Shown here: piece by piece, positions 9,562 to 19,230 of the stretch | How positions within the stretch are numbered: position 1 is the stretch's first letter | How the letters are laid out: every line of letters starts with the position of its first letter | Source: a virus | Taxonomy: Duplodnaviria; Caudoviricetes | Reading direction: 5' to 3' (one strand) | DNA length: 54,634 nt | IMG/VR virus record: IMGVR_UViG_3300018080_003388 | Coordinates: 1-54,634 of that record | Program-made: the position numbers and the translations under genes | Notes under the pieces: generated by a model | What the model was told of the DNA's origin: nothing | What the model saw: only the letters and a program-made list of their open reading frames with translations | The model's database searches: none

Positions 9562-10281
9562 ATGGGACTTAGACAACTAGATTTAAAAGATACGATGCAT
9601 AAAACATTCGAGATTGATTCGTATCAATCCAAGATAGGAAATGACGAGGATATAATTACTCTTTGTTTTTCATTTGATCAAAAAGAAGCAGCAAAAGATT
9701 TAATGGGATTTCTTGAAAGGGGGTATGATTATATTCTAGATTCAGACATGACTGAAGGTGAGCAATCAGACGGCACGTATAAGGTTTTTGTAGAGCTAGA
9801 AAGAGATCATAGATCACATGAAAAGATATTGGAAATCATTGAAGATGTAAAAAAACTAACAGGGCTAGATAAGCTGAGATTTAGGTACTATAAAAATTTC
9901 AGATCATTTGAATGTGACAAAGATAGCATAGAACGAGAAGTTCCTTCGGATCCCAACAAGTACGGAGTAAATGTACAGGAAAGTCAATATAGTAACTATA
10001 AGAACTATTTTAGTAATAGTTTTGTTGATACGGTTTATATAACAGAAAATGAAATAACATTAAAAAAAATCTATGCAGATCCTTTATTGTTTGATTTTAT
10101 AGACTTTGGTAAAAAAACTGACATAATGAACACTATAACAGAATCTATAAACGTAAATGATTTTGCTGAAATTATATATCTTTCCAAATATATAGGTGAT
10201 TATAATATAACAAAGTACGGTTCTAAAATAGTGTTAGAAAACAATGATTATTGCTTGGTTGTTTCGAGGGTAATAGTATGA
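9562..10281 (+). CDS. Conserved phage hypothetical protein
   Basis: 239-aa ORF coupled to the endolysin by an ATGA overlap. Confidence 0.7.
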   Translation: MGLRQLDLKDTMHKTFEIDSYQSKIGNDEDIITLCFSFDQKEAAKDLMGFLERGYDYILDSDMTEGEQSDGTYKVFVELERDHRSHEKILEIIEDVKKLTGLDKLRFRYYKNFRSFECDKDSIEREVPSDPNKYGVNVQESQYSNYKNYFSNSFVDTVYITENEITLKKIYADPLLFDFIDFGKKTDIMNTITESINVNDFAEIIYLSKYIGDYNITKYGSKIVLENNDYCLVVSRVIV

Positions 10282-11096
10282 ATAATATATATAAAGTGAC
10301 TAGATTAATAGATTCTGATCAAGATGAATGGTATAATTTAATGAAAGATATTTTACCAGACTATGAGATAGATACTGATAAACGAGTCGCAGCTTTTTAT
10401 GCCCAGTGTGCACATGAAAGTGCTAATTTTTCCAGATTGAGCGAAAATCTGAATTATTCTTCGGATGCACTTGAAAGAGTGTTTTCTAAATATTTTTCTA
10501 AACGAGGAATAGATGCTTCGGATTATCACAGACAGCCTGAAAAGATAGCAAATCTAGTATATGCAAACAGAATGGGAAATTCTGATAGCCAATCCGGAGA
10601 CGGTTGGAAATATCGAGGAAGAGGCATTATACAACTAACTGGGAAGTATAACTATTCTAGATTCGCTAAATACATGGGCATGGATCTAGATCATGTGATT
10701 AAGTTTCTAGAAACACAAGAAGGATCGCTCGTTAGCGCATGTTGGTTTTGGGACGAACATGACTTAAATTCATATGCAGATGAAGAAAACATCAAAGCTA
10801 TGACTCGTGTTATAAATGGTGGGTACAACGGGCTAGAAGACCGTATACGCTATTATGAAAAAGCTTACTATGCTATACAAGACAGCAAGGACTTTTCTAG
10901 CACAGTGGTTAAAAAAGGAAGTACAGGAAAGCAAGTAGTTAAAATACAAAAAATCATAGGAGCAGTTCCTGACGGAGTTTTTGGAAATATAACAGAAAGA
11001 TTAGTAAAAGTGTGGCAAAGTGATAATGGTTTGATACCTGATGGTATTGTAGGTCCTGCAACACTAGAGAAAATGATAGATTTATATGATTTATAA
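10278..11096 (+). CDS. GH19 endolysin with C-terminal peptidoglycan-binding domain
   Basis: AQCAHES, ENLNYS, YRGRGIIQLTGKYNY, TRVINGGYNGLEDR; DGVFG...DGIVGPAT PG-binding motif. Confidence 0.92.
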   Translation: MNNIYKVTRLIDSDQDEWYNLMKDILPDYEIDTDKRVAAFYAQCAHESANFSRLSENLNYSSDALERVFSKYFSKRGIDASDYHRQPEKIANLVYANRMGNSDSQSGDGWKYRGRGIIQLTGKYNYSRFAKYMGMDLDHVIKFLETQEGSLVSACWFWDEHDLNSYADEENIKAMTRVINGGYNGLEDRIRYYEKAYYAIQDSKDFSSTVVKKGSTGKQVVKIQKIIGAVPDGVFGNITERLVKVWQSDNGLIPDGIVGPATLEKMIDLYDL

Positions 11097-11541
11097 AATT
11101 CTTATAATACTGGTATCTTTGTTATTAATGTTAATTTTACTACTAGGTTGGTACTATAATTATAGTCAGACCGAGATAGAACAGTTAGACAAGCAAGTTG
11201 AAGAACTCACTGATTTACTAGAAACTAGTCAAGAATCATTTGCAAATCTTCAATTTGAATATGAAGAATCTAACAAACGTCTACGGTCCTTAAATAAACA
11301 GTTATCGCAGTCTAGAAGTAGAAATAAGATTCTAGAAGATAGGTTTACTGAGTATGAGATGAGTAAACGAGCTTTAGAAGATCCTGACTCAGCAGAAAGG
11401 GTAATAAACAAAGCTACAACAGACGCAAATCGTTGCTTCGAGATTCTTTCGGGCAGTGAATTAACTGATCAAGAAAAGGAAGCAGAAGATGAAACAGATT
11501 TTAATTCTATTTGTCCTTGGATTAGGGATAGCCTTATCTAG
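11086..11541 (+). CDS. i-spanin-like protein
   Basis: N-terminal TM helix, long coiled coil and C-terminal cysteines; directly after the endolysin. Confidence 0.7.
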   Translation: MIYKILIILVSLLLMLILLLGWYYNYSQTEIEQLDKQVEELTDLLETSQESFANLQFEYEESNKRLRSLNKQLSQSRSRNKILEDRFTEYEMSKRALEDPDSAERVINKATTDANRCFEILSGSELTDQEKEAEDETDFNSICPWIRDSLI

Positions 11542-11866
11542 CGGATGTTCTTCAACACGAGACATAACAGTGTCTACGCTGTCAGTAGAACCTCCAAAAG
11601 TGACTATTCCTGATGTTGATGTACTAGTACTCAGAGATGTATCTTGGGTAGTGGTTACGTCTGAAAATATACAAGAAGAGTTTGATAAATTATCTGAGCA
11701 AGGACAGCGTCGTGTATTATTTGCATTGGGTCCAGATGGTTATAAAAACATATCATTGAATTTTTCTGATATATTGATGCTGGTAGAACAGCAGCAAGCT
11801 ATAATACAAGTGTATAAAGAATACTACGAAAAAACTACTACAGATAGCGATAAGAATCAAAAATAA
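11489..11866 (+). CDS. o-spanin-like lipoprotein
   Basis: Signal peptide with lipobox-like LSSG-C; overlaps the i-spanin 3' end. Confidence 0.7.
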   Translation: MKQILILFVLGLGIALSSGCSSTRDITVSTLSVEPPKVTIPDVDVLVLRDVSWVVVTSENIQEEFDKLSEQGQRRVLFALGPDGYKNISLNFSDILMLVEQQQAIIQVYKEYYEKTTTDSDKNQK

Positions 11867-11891
11867 ATATGTGATAGCAGGGAGAGCTATC

Positions 11892-12194
11892 ATGGAATAC
11901 TTGAAAAAATATGATCTGGATAATGATGGAACAGTTTCAGAAAAAGATGTTGAAGCAATGAAAGATTTGCATGAAATAGAAAGACTCAACAGAAAGCAGT
12001 CTACACAGAAAAAAATGGCATGGCTAGCTATGGCTATCATGGTTATTACTACGGTATTACTGCTCACGCCTCTTATTCCCACAGATCGTGTAAAAGCTTT
12101 GTCAGAGCTGTTGGGAATGTTTTATTTGTCTCAAGCTGGTATAGTAGGAGCTTTTATGGGCTTTTACATAGCGGACAAATTCAATAAAAAATAA
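11892..12194 (+). CDS. Holin-like 2-TM membrane protein with N-terminal EF-hand loop
   Basis: DLDNDGTVSEKD loop, two hydrophobic helices, last gene of the lysis cassette; SD ggag at 11881. Confidence 0.55.
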   Translation: MEYLKKYDLDNDGTVSEKDVEAMKDLHEIERLNRKQSTQKKMAWLAMAIMVITTVLLLTPLIPTDRVKALSELLGMFYLSQAGIVGAFMGFYIADKFNKK

Positions 12195-12209
12195 ACACCC
12201 CGGGGTTTC

Positions 12210-12237
12210 AGGGTTTAATTGAATTCTATTAAACCCT
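12210..12237. terminator. Intergenic hairpin (possible terminator)
   Basis: agggtttaat-N8-attaaaccct; weak U tract. Confidence 0.4.
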
Positions 12238-12281
12238 TGATTTACTCTATTACCTAATGTAATCATATCTTTTTATACGTA

Positions 12282-12289
12282 TATAAATA
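12282..12289 (+). promoter_or_regulatory. T4-late-like promoter TATAAATA
   Basis: Exact octamer upstream of the SD and ATG of the DnaJ gene. Confidence 0.55.
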
Positions 12290-12315
12290 TTATAAACATA
12301 TAAAGAGAGGAATGC

Positions 12316-13128
12316 ATGGACTTTTATGAAATTTTACAAGTAGATTGTAGTGCATCAGAAGAAGTTATAAAGAGTGCTTATAAGAAAAAAGCAATGGAAG
12401 CTCACCCGGACAGGGGAGGAACAGACGAAAAGTTCAAGCAGGTAAAAGAAGCATATGAAACTCTGAGCAATAAAAATAAACGCATGGGCTACGACCTTAA
12501 GTATAATAAAAGACAGCCGAGAAACTTCAAGATTGACGGACGTGAATTAAAGAATGTATTTGTTAAAAGTTCTAGATATGGTACTAACAAAGATATTATT
12601 GTAATGTTAGATCTGAGCTTATCGGATGTGTTTAATGGTAGAATTTTTGTTGTAAGTTATACAACGTCAGGTAATAAACACGAAGAGATTCCTGTAAAAA
12701 TACCTAACAATATCACATCTAATCATCATATTCGTTTTGATCAACGAGGTGATGATATGATAAGCATGGCACCTAGAGGTAATCTTGTAATCAGAGTAAA
12801 AATAAAAGGTGACAAAAAATGGGGAATTTCTGATAGTGACATTGATTCCACGCAAGAAGTAAACATATTTGACTTGATGACAGGCACAGTAATTGAAGTA
12901 GTTACTCCTGAGAATAAAAAATTGAAAATCAAAGTATCTCCGGGAACTCAGCCTGGAACAGTATTGAGAGTTTCAGGACAAGGATTATATTCTGCTGATA
13001 AAAGAACGAGAGGGGATATAAAGATTACTCTAAATGCCAGTGTTCCTGCAGTTGTAGATGAAGAACTCAAGAAAAAAATAACTGATTTCAAGGACTGTCT
13101 GGGCAAAAGCGTTAAAAAACACGTGTGA
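12316..13128 (+). CDS. DnaJ/CbpA-like co-chaperone (no Zn finger)
   Basis: J-domain with HPD; C-terminal PGTQPGTVLRVSGQGL...RGD. Confidence 0.9.
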   Translation: MDFYEILQVDCSASEEVIKSAYKKKAMEAHPDRGGTDEKFKQVKEAYETLSNKNKRMGYDLKYNKRQPRNFKIDGRELKNVFVKSSRYGTNKDIIVMLDLSLSDVFNGRIFVVSYTTSGNKHEEIPVKIPNNITSNHHIRFDQRGDDMISMAPRGNLVIRVKIKGDKKWGISDSDIDSTQEVNIFDLMTGTVIEVVTPENKKLKIKVSPGTQPGTVLRVSGQGLYSADKRTRGDIKITLNASVPAVVDEELKKKITDFKDCLGKSVKKHV

Positions 13129-13137
13129 ATATTATTG

Positions 13138-13166
13138 TTGAAATCTCGATGATTTTTTGATATGAT
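13138..13166 (+). promoter_or_regulatory. Sigma70-like promoter (TTGAAA-N17-TATGAT)
   Basis: Near-consensus boxes upstream of clpA. Confidence 0.6.
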
Positions 13167-13208
13167 AGAGGCATAAGATTTTAACTACGAAATAAAAGAG
13201 GATTAGAT

Positions 13209-15425
13209 ATGGTAGAACCTAGTGACGTTCTAAAACTAGTTTTTGAAAAAGCAGTTGATGATGCTAAAAAACTAAAACACGAGTATATTACTATCGAACA
13301 CATCTTGTTTGCTATGTTGTGCGAAGAAGATTTTTATGAAAAAATAAAAAGTTACGGAGCAGACCCTTCTTATTTAAAGTCAAACATTGAACATTATCTG
13401 CAACATAATCTAGCTGAGATAAAAATCAGTAAAGACTCAGATTACAAGCCCAAGAAAACTTATGCTGTTGAGCGCGTGTTGAATCGTGCATTCACACAGG
13501 TTTTATTTAGCGGGCGACCGTATATAGAACTAGAAGATATGCTTATCAGTATTCTTGCAGAAAAGAAGTCTATGAGTGTTTACTATCTAGGACAACTAGG
13601 TATCACTAAAAAGACTTTTTCAGAATATGTCAACAGTGACTTTGAAGAAGATGAAGATGATATTCCTGCAGATGCTATGAAACGAGTTCTGTCCCAGTTC
13701 ACTACAAACCTGAATGCTCAAGTATCTAGCGGGCGAGTAGATAAAATGATAGGTCGAGAAGACGAACTAGAATCTATATCACTATCACTGGGAAGAAGAT
13801 CAAAGAATAATGTTCTTATGGTAGGTGATCCCGGAGTAGGAAAAACTGCTATTGCAGAAGGACTGGCTTGGAATATTGTGAATAAACAAGTCCCTAAATT
13901 TTTGCAAGATTATACTGTTTATAGCTTGGATATAGGATCTATGATAGCAGGTTCTAAGTACAGGGGAGACTTTGAAGAACGATTTAAAGCAGTTATAGCT
14001 TCACTCAAAAGCAAAGGTAAAACAATATTGTTTATTGATGAAGCTCATATGATGCTAGGAGCAGGATCAGGCAATAGTAATTCTGCTAATGATATGGCAA
14101 ACATGATTAAGCCTGCTCTTTCTAGAGGTAACATAAAAGTTATAGCTTGTACCACATGGGAAGAGTATAGACGATTCTTTGAAAAAGATCGTGCTTTGAT
14201 GAGGCGATTCCAAAGAGTGACTGTGGATGAGCCTTCAATCGAAGTAGCCAAAGATATTCTATTAGGTATAAAAAAGTACTATGAAGAATATCACTCTACG
14301 TCGATTTTGGATAGTGCAGTCGAGGCAGCAGTTGATCTTAGCCACAAGTATCAAACTGATAAAAAACTTCCTGATAAAGCCATAGACCTGATTGATATAT
14401 CGTGTTCTAGATTTAACTTGATGCCCGATGATGTCGAGCGCGTTGTTTCTGATGCAGATATTCAAAGAGAGATAGCTAATATCACCAAGATACCTCTAGA
14501 ACAAATAACTGAAAAAGAGTCTTCTAGTTTGATAAACCTAGAAGAATCTTTGAAAACAGCGATATATGGCCAAGATCATGCCATTGATGACATTGTGGAT
14601 AGAATCTTTATTGCTCATGCAGGCCTCAAAAGCGGAAATAAACCTATTGGTTCATTTGTATTCATGGGTCCTACTGGAACTGGAAAAACAGAATCTGCCA
14701 AGCAACTAGCAAAAGCACTAGGAGTAAAGCTGGTAAGATTTGATATGAGTGAATTTCAGGAGAAACATTCCGTTTCTAAATTAATAGGATCTCCTCCTGG
14801 TTATGTTGGTTATGAAGACAATGATGGACTTTTGATATCAAAGTTGCAAGAAAATCCTTCTTGTGTTCTTTTATTAGACGAAATTGAAAAAGCTCATCCG
14901 GATATAAGTCAGATCTTGTTACAGATCATGGACAATGGATTCATAACTTCATCAAAAGGCAAGACTGTTGATGCTAGGAATTGCATTTTAGTTCTAACAA
15001 CGAACTTGGGAGCATATGATGCAGAAAAAAATGCAATTGGTTTTAGAGAAAATATAGAAAAAGACTATGAAGACACGGAACTAAAAAGATTTTTTGCACC
15101 AGAGTTTAGAAACCGTCTTGATGCGATAGTGACTTTCAAAAAATTATCCAAAGAATCTATGATTCAAATAGTCCATAAGTTCATAAATGAATTGAAGGAT
15201 ATGCTTGTAAGCAAGAATGTATGGATCACGGTAACAGATAAAGCTGTTGATTATTTGGTAAGCAAAGGCTTCGACAGCAAAATGGGAGCAAGACCTCTCC
15301 AACGTATTATAGACAACGAGATAAAAACTGCGCTTTCTAGGAAAATTCTTTTTGACAGCTCAAAAAATGGTGCCAATCTAGTAATTGATGTTTCAGATGA
15401 AAAAATAACTATTGCTGAGGAATAA
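13209..15425 (+). CDS. clpA: ClpA-like ATP-dependent unfoldase
   Basis: Clp N-domain, two AAA modules (GDPGVGKT; GPTGTGKT), PPGYVG, IGF loop, GARPL. Confidence 0.92.
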   Translation: MVEPSDVLKLVFEKAVDDAKKLKHEYITIEHILFAMLCEEDFYEKIKSYGADPSYLKSNIEHYLQHNLAEIKISKDSDYKPKKTYAVERVLNRAFTQVLFSGRPYIELEDMLISILAEKKSMSVYYLGQLGITKKTFSEYVNSDFEEDEDDIPADAMKRVLSQFTTNLNAQVSSGRVDKMIGREDELESISLSLGRRSKNNVLMVGDPGVGKTAIAEGLAWNIVNKQVPKFLQDYTVYSLDIGSMIAGSKYRGDFEERFKAVIASLKSKGKTILFIDEAHMMLGAGSGNSNSANDMANMIKPALSRGNIKVIACTTWEEYRRFFEKDRALMRRFQRVTVDEPSIEVAKDILLGIKKYYEEYHSTSILDSAVEAAVDLSHKYQTDKKLPDKAIDLIDISCSRFNLMPDDVERVVSDADIQREIANITKIPLEQITEKESSSLINLEESLKTAIYGQDHAIDDIVDRIFIAHAGLKSGNKPIGSFVFMGPTGTGKTESAKQLAKALGVKLVRFDMSEFQEKHSVSKLIGSPPGYVGYEDNDGLLISKLQENPSCVLLLDEIEKAHPDISQILLQIMDNGFITSSKGKTVDARNCILVLTTNLGAYDAEKNAIGFRENIEKDYEDTELKRFFAPEFRNRLDAIVTFKKLSKESMIQIVHKFINELKDMLVSKNVWITVTDKAVDYLVSKGFDSKMGARPLQRIIDNEIKTALSRKILFDSSKNGANLVIDVSDEKITIAEE

Positions 15426-15428
15426 AAT

Positions 15429-16013
15429 ATGATACACAGAGATTCTGATAGGATGTATTATGGAAAGTATTTTTTTAAACTTCGGGTGGAAGGTCTTAAA
15501 AATTTTACCTGTTTTGCAATAAAAGAAATAAACAAAGAAAAGATGTCCTATATTGATCCTGAATTAAGGGAGATTCGTAATATTTTAGACAGTATAAAAG
15601 ACAAAAGAATAGCGTGTTCATATAGTTCACTATCCATTTACGCCAATGACCTCATTACTTTGCGTAAGATAGGAGACTTCATTTCATCGAATGATAATGT
15701 TTCTAGGGTATTTATGTATAGTGCTGTGAAATCCGACGGTTCTCACTTGGAAAAAAATACGATTGTATTGAAAAACAAGATACCGTTTAAGTATCGAGTT
15801 ACACTGGGAAATGCTAAAAATATAAAAAGCTTTTATACATTTGCAGTAAATAATCCCTCATTGGTAAAAGTTTCTAGCACTGTACTTGATAAGATAAAAA
15901 ACAATCATAATGTGGAAGGAAGATACATTTATGTAAAAGATGACAAGTCATTGATGTTATCAAAGATGTCTTTGAATAACATACGACGGGTTGATAGGCT
16001 GGTATTTAAGTAG
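15429..16013 (+). CDS. Hypothetical basic protein
   Basis: 194-aa ORF with SD gagga. Confidence 0.65.
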   Translation: MIHRDSDRMYYGKYFFKLRVEGLKNFTCFAIKEINKEKMSYIDPELREIRNILDSIKDKRIACSYSSLSIYANDLITLRKIGDFISSNDNVSRVFMYSAVKSDGSHLEKNTIVLKNKIPFKYRVTLGNAKNIKSFYTFAVNNPSLVKVSSTVLDKIKNNHNVEGRYIYVKDDKSLMLSKMSLNNIRRVDRLVFK

Positions 16014-16047
16014 TATCTGTCTTTAATTTAAATTTATTCACTGTTTG

Positions 16048-16055
16048 CATAAATA
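16048..16055 (+). promoter_or_regulatory. Late-like promoter CATAAATA
   Basis: 5 nt upstream of ATG 16061. Confidence 0.55.
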
Positions 16056-16060
16056 ATTTT

Positions 16061-16399
16061 ATGTCAAACAGTGAAATACTTTTAGAGTCATCATATCATC
16101 CTGACGATAGTTCTGTTGAGATACTAGTCAGTGACCCTGCAGAAGGTGACGGTTACTACGGGCGTAGTGACGGTTTACACACAGTACAATATTCTTACGA
16201 TAATTTTATCGGCACTATACGAATACAAGCCACTATAATGCTAGAGCCTCTTGAACAAGATTGGTTCGATGTGGTTGTTGATGAAATACTAGATCAGTCC
16301 GAAACAAAAATCCATAATTTTGTAGGAAATTATGTATGGGTTCGTGCATACGTTGAATTTGAAAAAGGATATTTGCGAGCAATAAGATTAAAGAGCTAG
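16061..16399 (+). CDS. Hypothetical beta-rich (probably virion) protein
   Basis: 112-aa ORF, first gene after a late-like promoter. Confidence 0.65.
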   Translation: MSNSEILLESSYHPDDSSVEILVSDPAEGDGYYGRSDGLHTVQYSYDNFIGTIRIQATIMLEPLEQDWFDVVVDEILDQSETKIHNFVGNYVWVRAYVEFEKGYLRAIRLKS

Positions 16400-16401
16400 A
16401 A

Positions 16402-16974
16402 ATGAGTAATTATATAAGAATAATAATAGAAAATACAAAATCCTCAAAAAAATTAACAGAATCAGTATTAAAAGAGTATAAAGTAAAAGACTCAGGTGTA
16501 CTGATATATGAAATTCCTCTGAGAAAAGACCTCTCAACCAAAGAATCTAATAGATTTGCTGAAAAGATGAGTAATTTTTTATTTGATCAAGGGTTTACTA
16601 GTTTTGATATCGAATTTTCTTCAGAAAAATACGATTTTGACAAGAAAAATATCAATGAAGAGACATATCACGGTGATGATTTCTTTAAAGAATACGATAT
16701 TTTAGGGTATGTTGAAGGAGATGCGTTATGGGAAGCGGAATATCAAGGTAGGAAAGTCACTCTCAACAAGCCTATGCGAGGTGATGTGAAAAAATTCAAG
16801 GTATATGTACGTGATCCCAAGACTAAAAATGTGAAAAAAGTAAATTTTGGTGATCCGAACATGAGAATCAAAAAATCTGACCCGAAACGGCGACGTTCTT
16901 TTAGAGCAAGACATAACTGTGATAATCCCGGACCAAAAACTTCAGCAAGGTACTGGAGTTGTAAAAAGTGGTAA
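16402..16974 (+). CDS. Hypothetical protein with basic Cys/His C-terminal domain
   Basis: C-terminal ...KKVNFGDPNMRIKKSDPKRRRSFRARHNC...ARYWSCKKW, a module I recognise from T4-like aquatic phages. Confidence 0.7.
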   Translation: MSNYIRIIIENTKSSKKLTESVLKEYKVKDSGVLIYEIPLRKDLSTKESNRFAEKMSNFLFDQGFTSFDIEFSSEKYDFDKKNINEETYHGDDFFKEYDILGYVEGDALWEAEYQGRKVTLNKPMRGDVKKFKVYVRDPKTKNVKKVNFGDPNMRIKKSDPKRRRSFRARHNCDNPGPKTSARYWSCKKW

Positions 16975-17005
16975 GACATTTGTACCTTATAAGTTGGTGA
17001 TTTCT

Positions 17006-17335
17006 ATGAATTTAGTTGAAATGTTTAATAATGAACCAGATCCATATGATTATGATATGGCTGATGATATAATTTTTTTCATGAAAAATGATTCTGATTT
17101 TTATAGAAAGCACTATTTTCCTTTATTTGTCAAGATAAGCGATATGCAGAAGTCAGACAAGGATTATGATTGGGGAGCCGATGTAAAACAAGTCATTTTG
17201 ACGGCTATAAAAGAATATTCTGAAAAGTTCGGTGTGCCTTTAAAAGTAATAAGTAAAAAACAAAATCTAATATCAAATATAAAAAATCAACTATGGGAAC
17301 ATGAGTTAGAAAATATCAATAATGGTGCTTATTAA
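17006..17335 (+). CDS. Hypothetical protein (candidate head-internal)
   Basis: Start placed at ATG 17006 (MNLVEMF); TAATG coupling to the next gene. Confidence 0.6.
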   Translation: MNLVEMFNNEPDPYDYDMADDIIFFMKNDSDFYRKHYFPLFVKISDMQKSDKDYDWGADVKQVILTAIKEYSEKFGVPLKVISKKQNLISNIKNQLWEHELENINNGAY

Positions 17336-18468
17336 TGAGAGTGCGAGAACTATACGAAGGCGGGAATCTTAGAATAGGAACAGCACGTGCACAGGGTATT
17401 CCCACAGAACAGCGTGATTACTTTATAAAAGTAATCGATGATTTTTTACTCGCGCTTAATACTTTATTTATAGAACGATACAATAAACCTTTGTGGTCTG
17501 ATACAACCTTTAAGAAAAAACTGTTTTTTGCAGGATCTAGTCATTATTTCTTTAAAAAAGAAACAATATCAAACAGTGAGTTATCAAGAGTTAAAGAGTC
17601 GCTGGGAGATGTAGATTTGATGATAGACAAAGATTATCAAAGCGAACTAACTGATCTTCTGGAAAATATAACAATAGGGCAAACGGTGGGATCAGCGAGA
17701 TATATGGGTTACACTCAATCTGGTCCTAGAATGTTATTGACTATGTGGAGCTTTCCGAATAAAGAAAACCAAATCAATGTTCAAGTGGACATGGAATTAA
17801 AGGATTTCATAAACGGTGTACCTAGTGAATGGAGTGTATTTTCAACCAGCTCAAGCTATAGTGACTTTTTAAGTGGGATCAAGGGTGTTTTTCATAAATT
17901 GCTGATACAAAGTATACCTGCTTATGATAAAACTGTTTTTATGCTTAAAGATCATAGAAAGCTAGGATCTAATTATGATATGACAGTTGATACATTATAT
18001 ACTTTTGCTATAGGTGCAAAGCAAGGAGGTGGTTTGCGAGAAAAATACAAGCCTGTGATGGATAGTTCCGGCAAACAACAAAAGTATGTAGAAGGACTGC
18101 CTGTTTACGAGAGAAAAAGATTAGTAGAATATGAAACAGATATTGAAAAAATATTTCATAAAATATTTGATGGAATAATAGGACAAGATATTTTATCTAG
18201 GAATAAACAAAGGTTATGGAGTTTTATAGGATTAGTGAATATAATAAAAGATCATATGTCCCGCAGGCACAAAGAAAAAATATTTGAAGATTTTATAAAA
18301 AGATGCTTTCCCAACAACGGGAAAGGTTTATACGCTAATAATCCAGCAAAAGACAAAGAAGAAAAATTAAAAGCAGTTACTAGGATATCTAGGGAACTAG
18401 GTGTGTCACTAACTCCGGAACTTAATCAAAGAATACAAACGTTTTACAGAAAATATAAAATATCATGA
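17335..18468 (+). CDS. Putative Pol-beta-superfamily nucleotidyltransferase
   Basis: FAGSS...GDVDL plus a downstream VQVD third-aspartate strand. Confidence 0.6.
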   Translation: MRVRELYEGGNLRIGTARAQGIPTEQRDYFIKVIDDFLLALNTLFIERYNKPLWSDTTFKKKLFFAGSSHYFFKKETISNSELSRVKESLGDVDLMIDKDYQSELTDLLENITIGQTVGSARYMGYTQSGPRMLLTMWSFPNKENQINVQVDMELKDFINGVPSEWSVFSTSSSYSDFLSGIKGVFHKLLIQSIPAYDKTVFMLKDHRKLGSNYDMTVDTLYTFAIGAKQGGGLREKYKPVMDSSGKQQKYVEGLPVYERKRLVEYETDIEKIFHKIFDGIIGQDILSRNKQRLWSFIGLVNIIKDHMSRRHKEKIFEDFIKRCFPNNGKGLYANNPAKDKEEKLKAVTRISRELGVSLTPELNQRIQTFYRKYKIS

Positions 18469-18698
18469 AAGATAAAACAGATATACAGTCATTAAAAAAG
18501 CTAGCAGGGTTAGACAACAATAGAAAACAGGATTTATCAGGATCTAATATAAGCGTAACAGGCACGGAAAAGCGAAGAATAGAACGTGAAAATAATATAA
18601 AGCCCGGAACTGATGAGTGGTTCAAGCTTTGGTTTTCTTTGCCGTACATGACCGGGGAAAATCCCAGAGATTTGGATAATAAAAATGAAAATAAGTGA
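18465..18698 (+). CDS. Hypothetical protein (LKKLAGL motif)
   Basis: 77 aa; ATGA overlap with the previous gene. Confidence 0.65.
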   Translation: MKDKTDIQSLKKLAGLDNNRKQDLSGSNISVTGTEKRRIERENNIKPGTDEWFKLWFSLPYMTGENPRDLDNKNENK

Positions 18699-18849
18699 AA
18701 TTATCAGAGAAACTACCAGCGCAGGTGCTATTGCTAGTGTTGCCAATCCCAGTGCGACTACTAAAAAGAAAAAAAATAAAAAACAAAAAAAGTTCAAAAA
18801 TGCCTTGGATTCCGATAATATTTTTCAAGGTCATGTAATAAAGAGATAA
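18685..18849 (+). CDS. Small basic protein absent from the ORF track (54 aa)
   Basis: Hand translation MKISEIIRETTSAGAIASVANPSATTKKKKNKKQKKFKNALDSDNIFQGHVIKR*; fills the gap on the coding strand. Confidence 0.7.
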   Translation: MKISEIIRETTSAGAIASVANPSATTKKKKNKKQKKFKNALDSDNIFQGHVIKR

Positions 18850-18876
18850 TATCATAAATATATAAAAAGGTACAAA

Positions 18877-19224
18877 ATGAACAAGAAAGTAAAAAAAATA
18901 AATGAGGAACTAGCAGAGTTAGCTGATATAGCAGAACGAGATCATGAAGTACAAATGGCAAGATCAGACTTGTATAAATTAGCCAAGTACTCGATAAAAC
19001 TTCATGATATGTTAAAAAGGGTTTCTGAAGAAACAGGTATAGAAGGATGGCAACAATCAAAGATTACCAAAGCAGCAGACTATATTTCTTCTGTATATCA
19101 TAGTCTTGATTATGATATGAACTCCGGGATCAATATGCCTTTGGATTCTATAGACACAGACAGCGATGATGTATATAAAAATGATCTAAAGTACAAACTA
19201 GAGAGCAAAGTATACAAACGGTGA
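18877..19224 (+). CDS. Hypothetical protein (candidate head-internal)
   Basis: DHEVQMARSDLYKLAKY...WQQSKITKAADYISSV; CATAAATA upstream. Confidence 0.7.
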   Translation: MNKKVKKINEELAELADIAERDHEVQMARSDLYKLAKYSIKLHDMLKRVSEETGIEGWQQSKITKAADYISSVYHSLDYDMNSGINMPLDSIDTDSDDVYKNDLKYKLESKVYKR

Positions 19225-19230
19225 TATATA

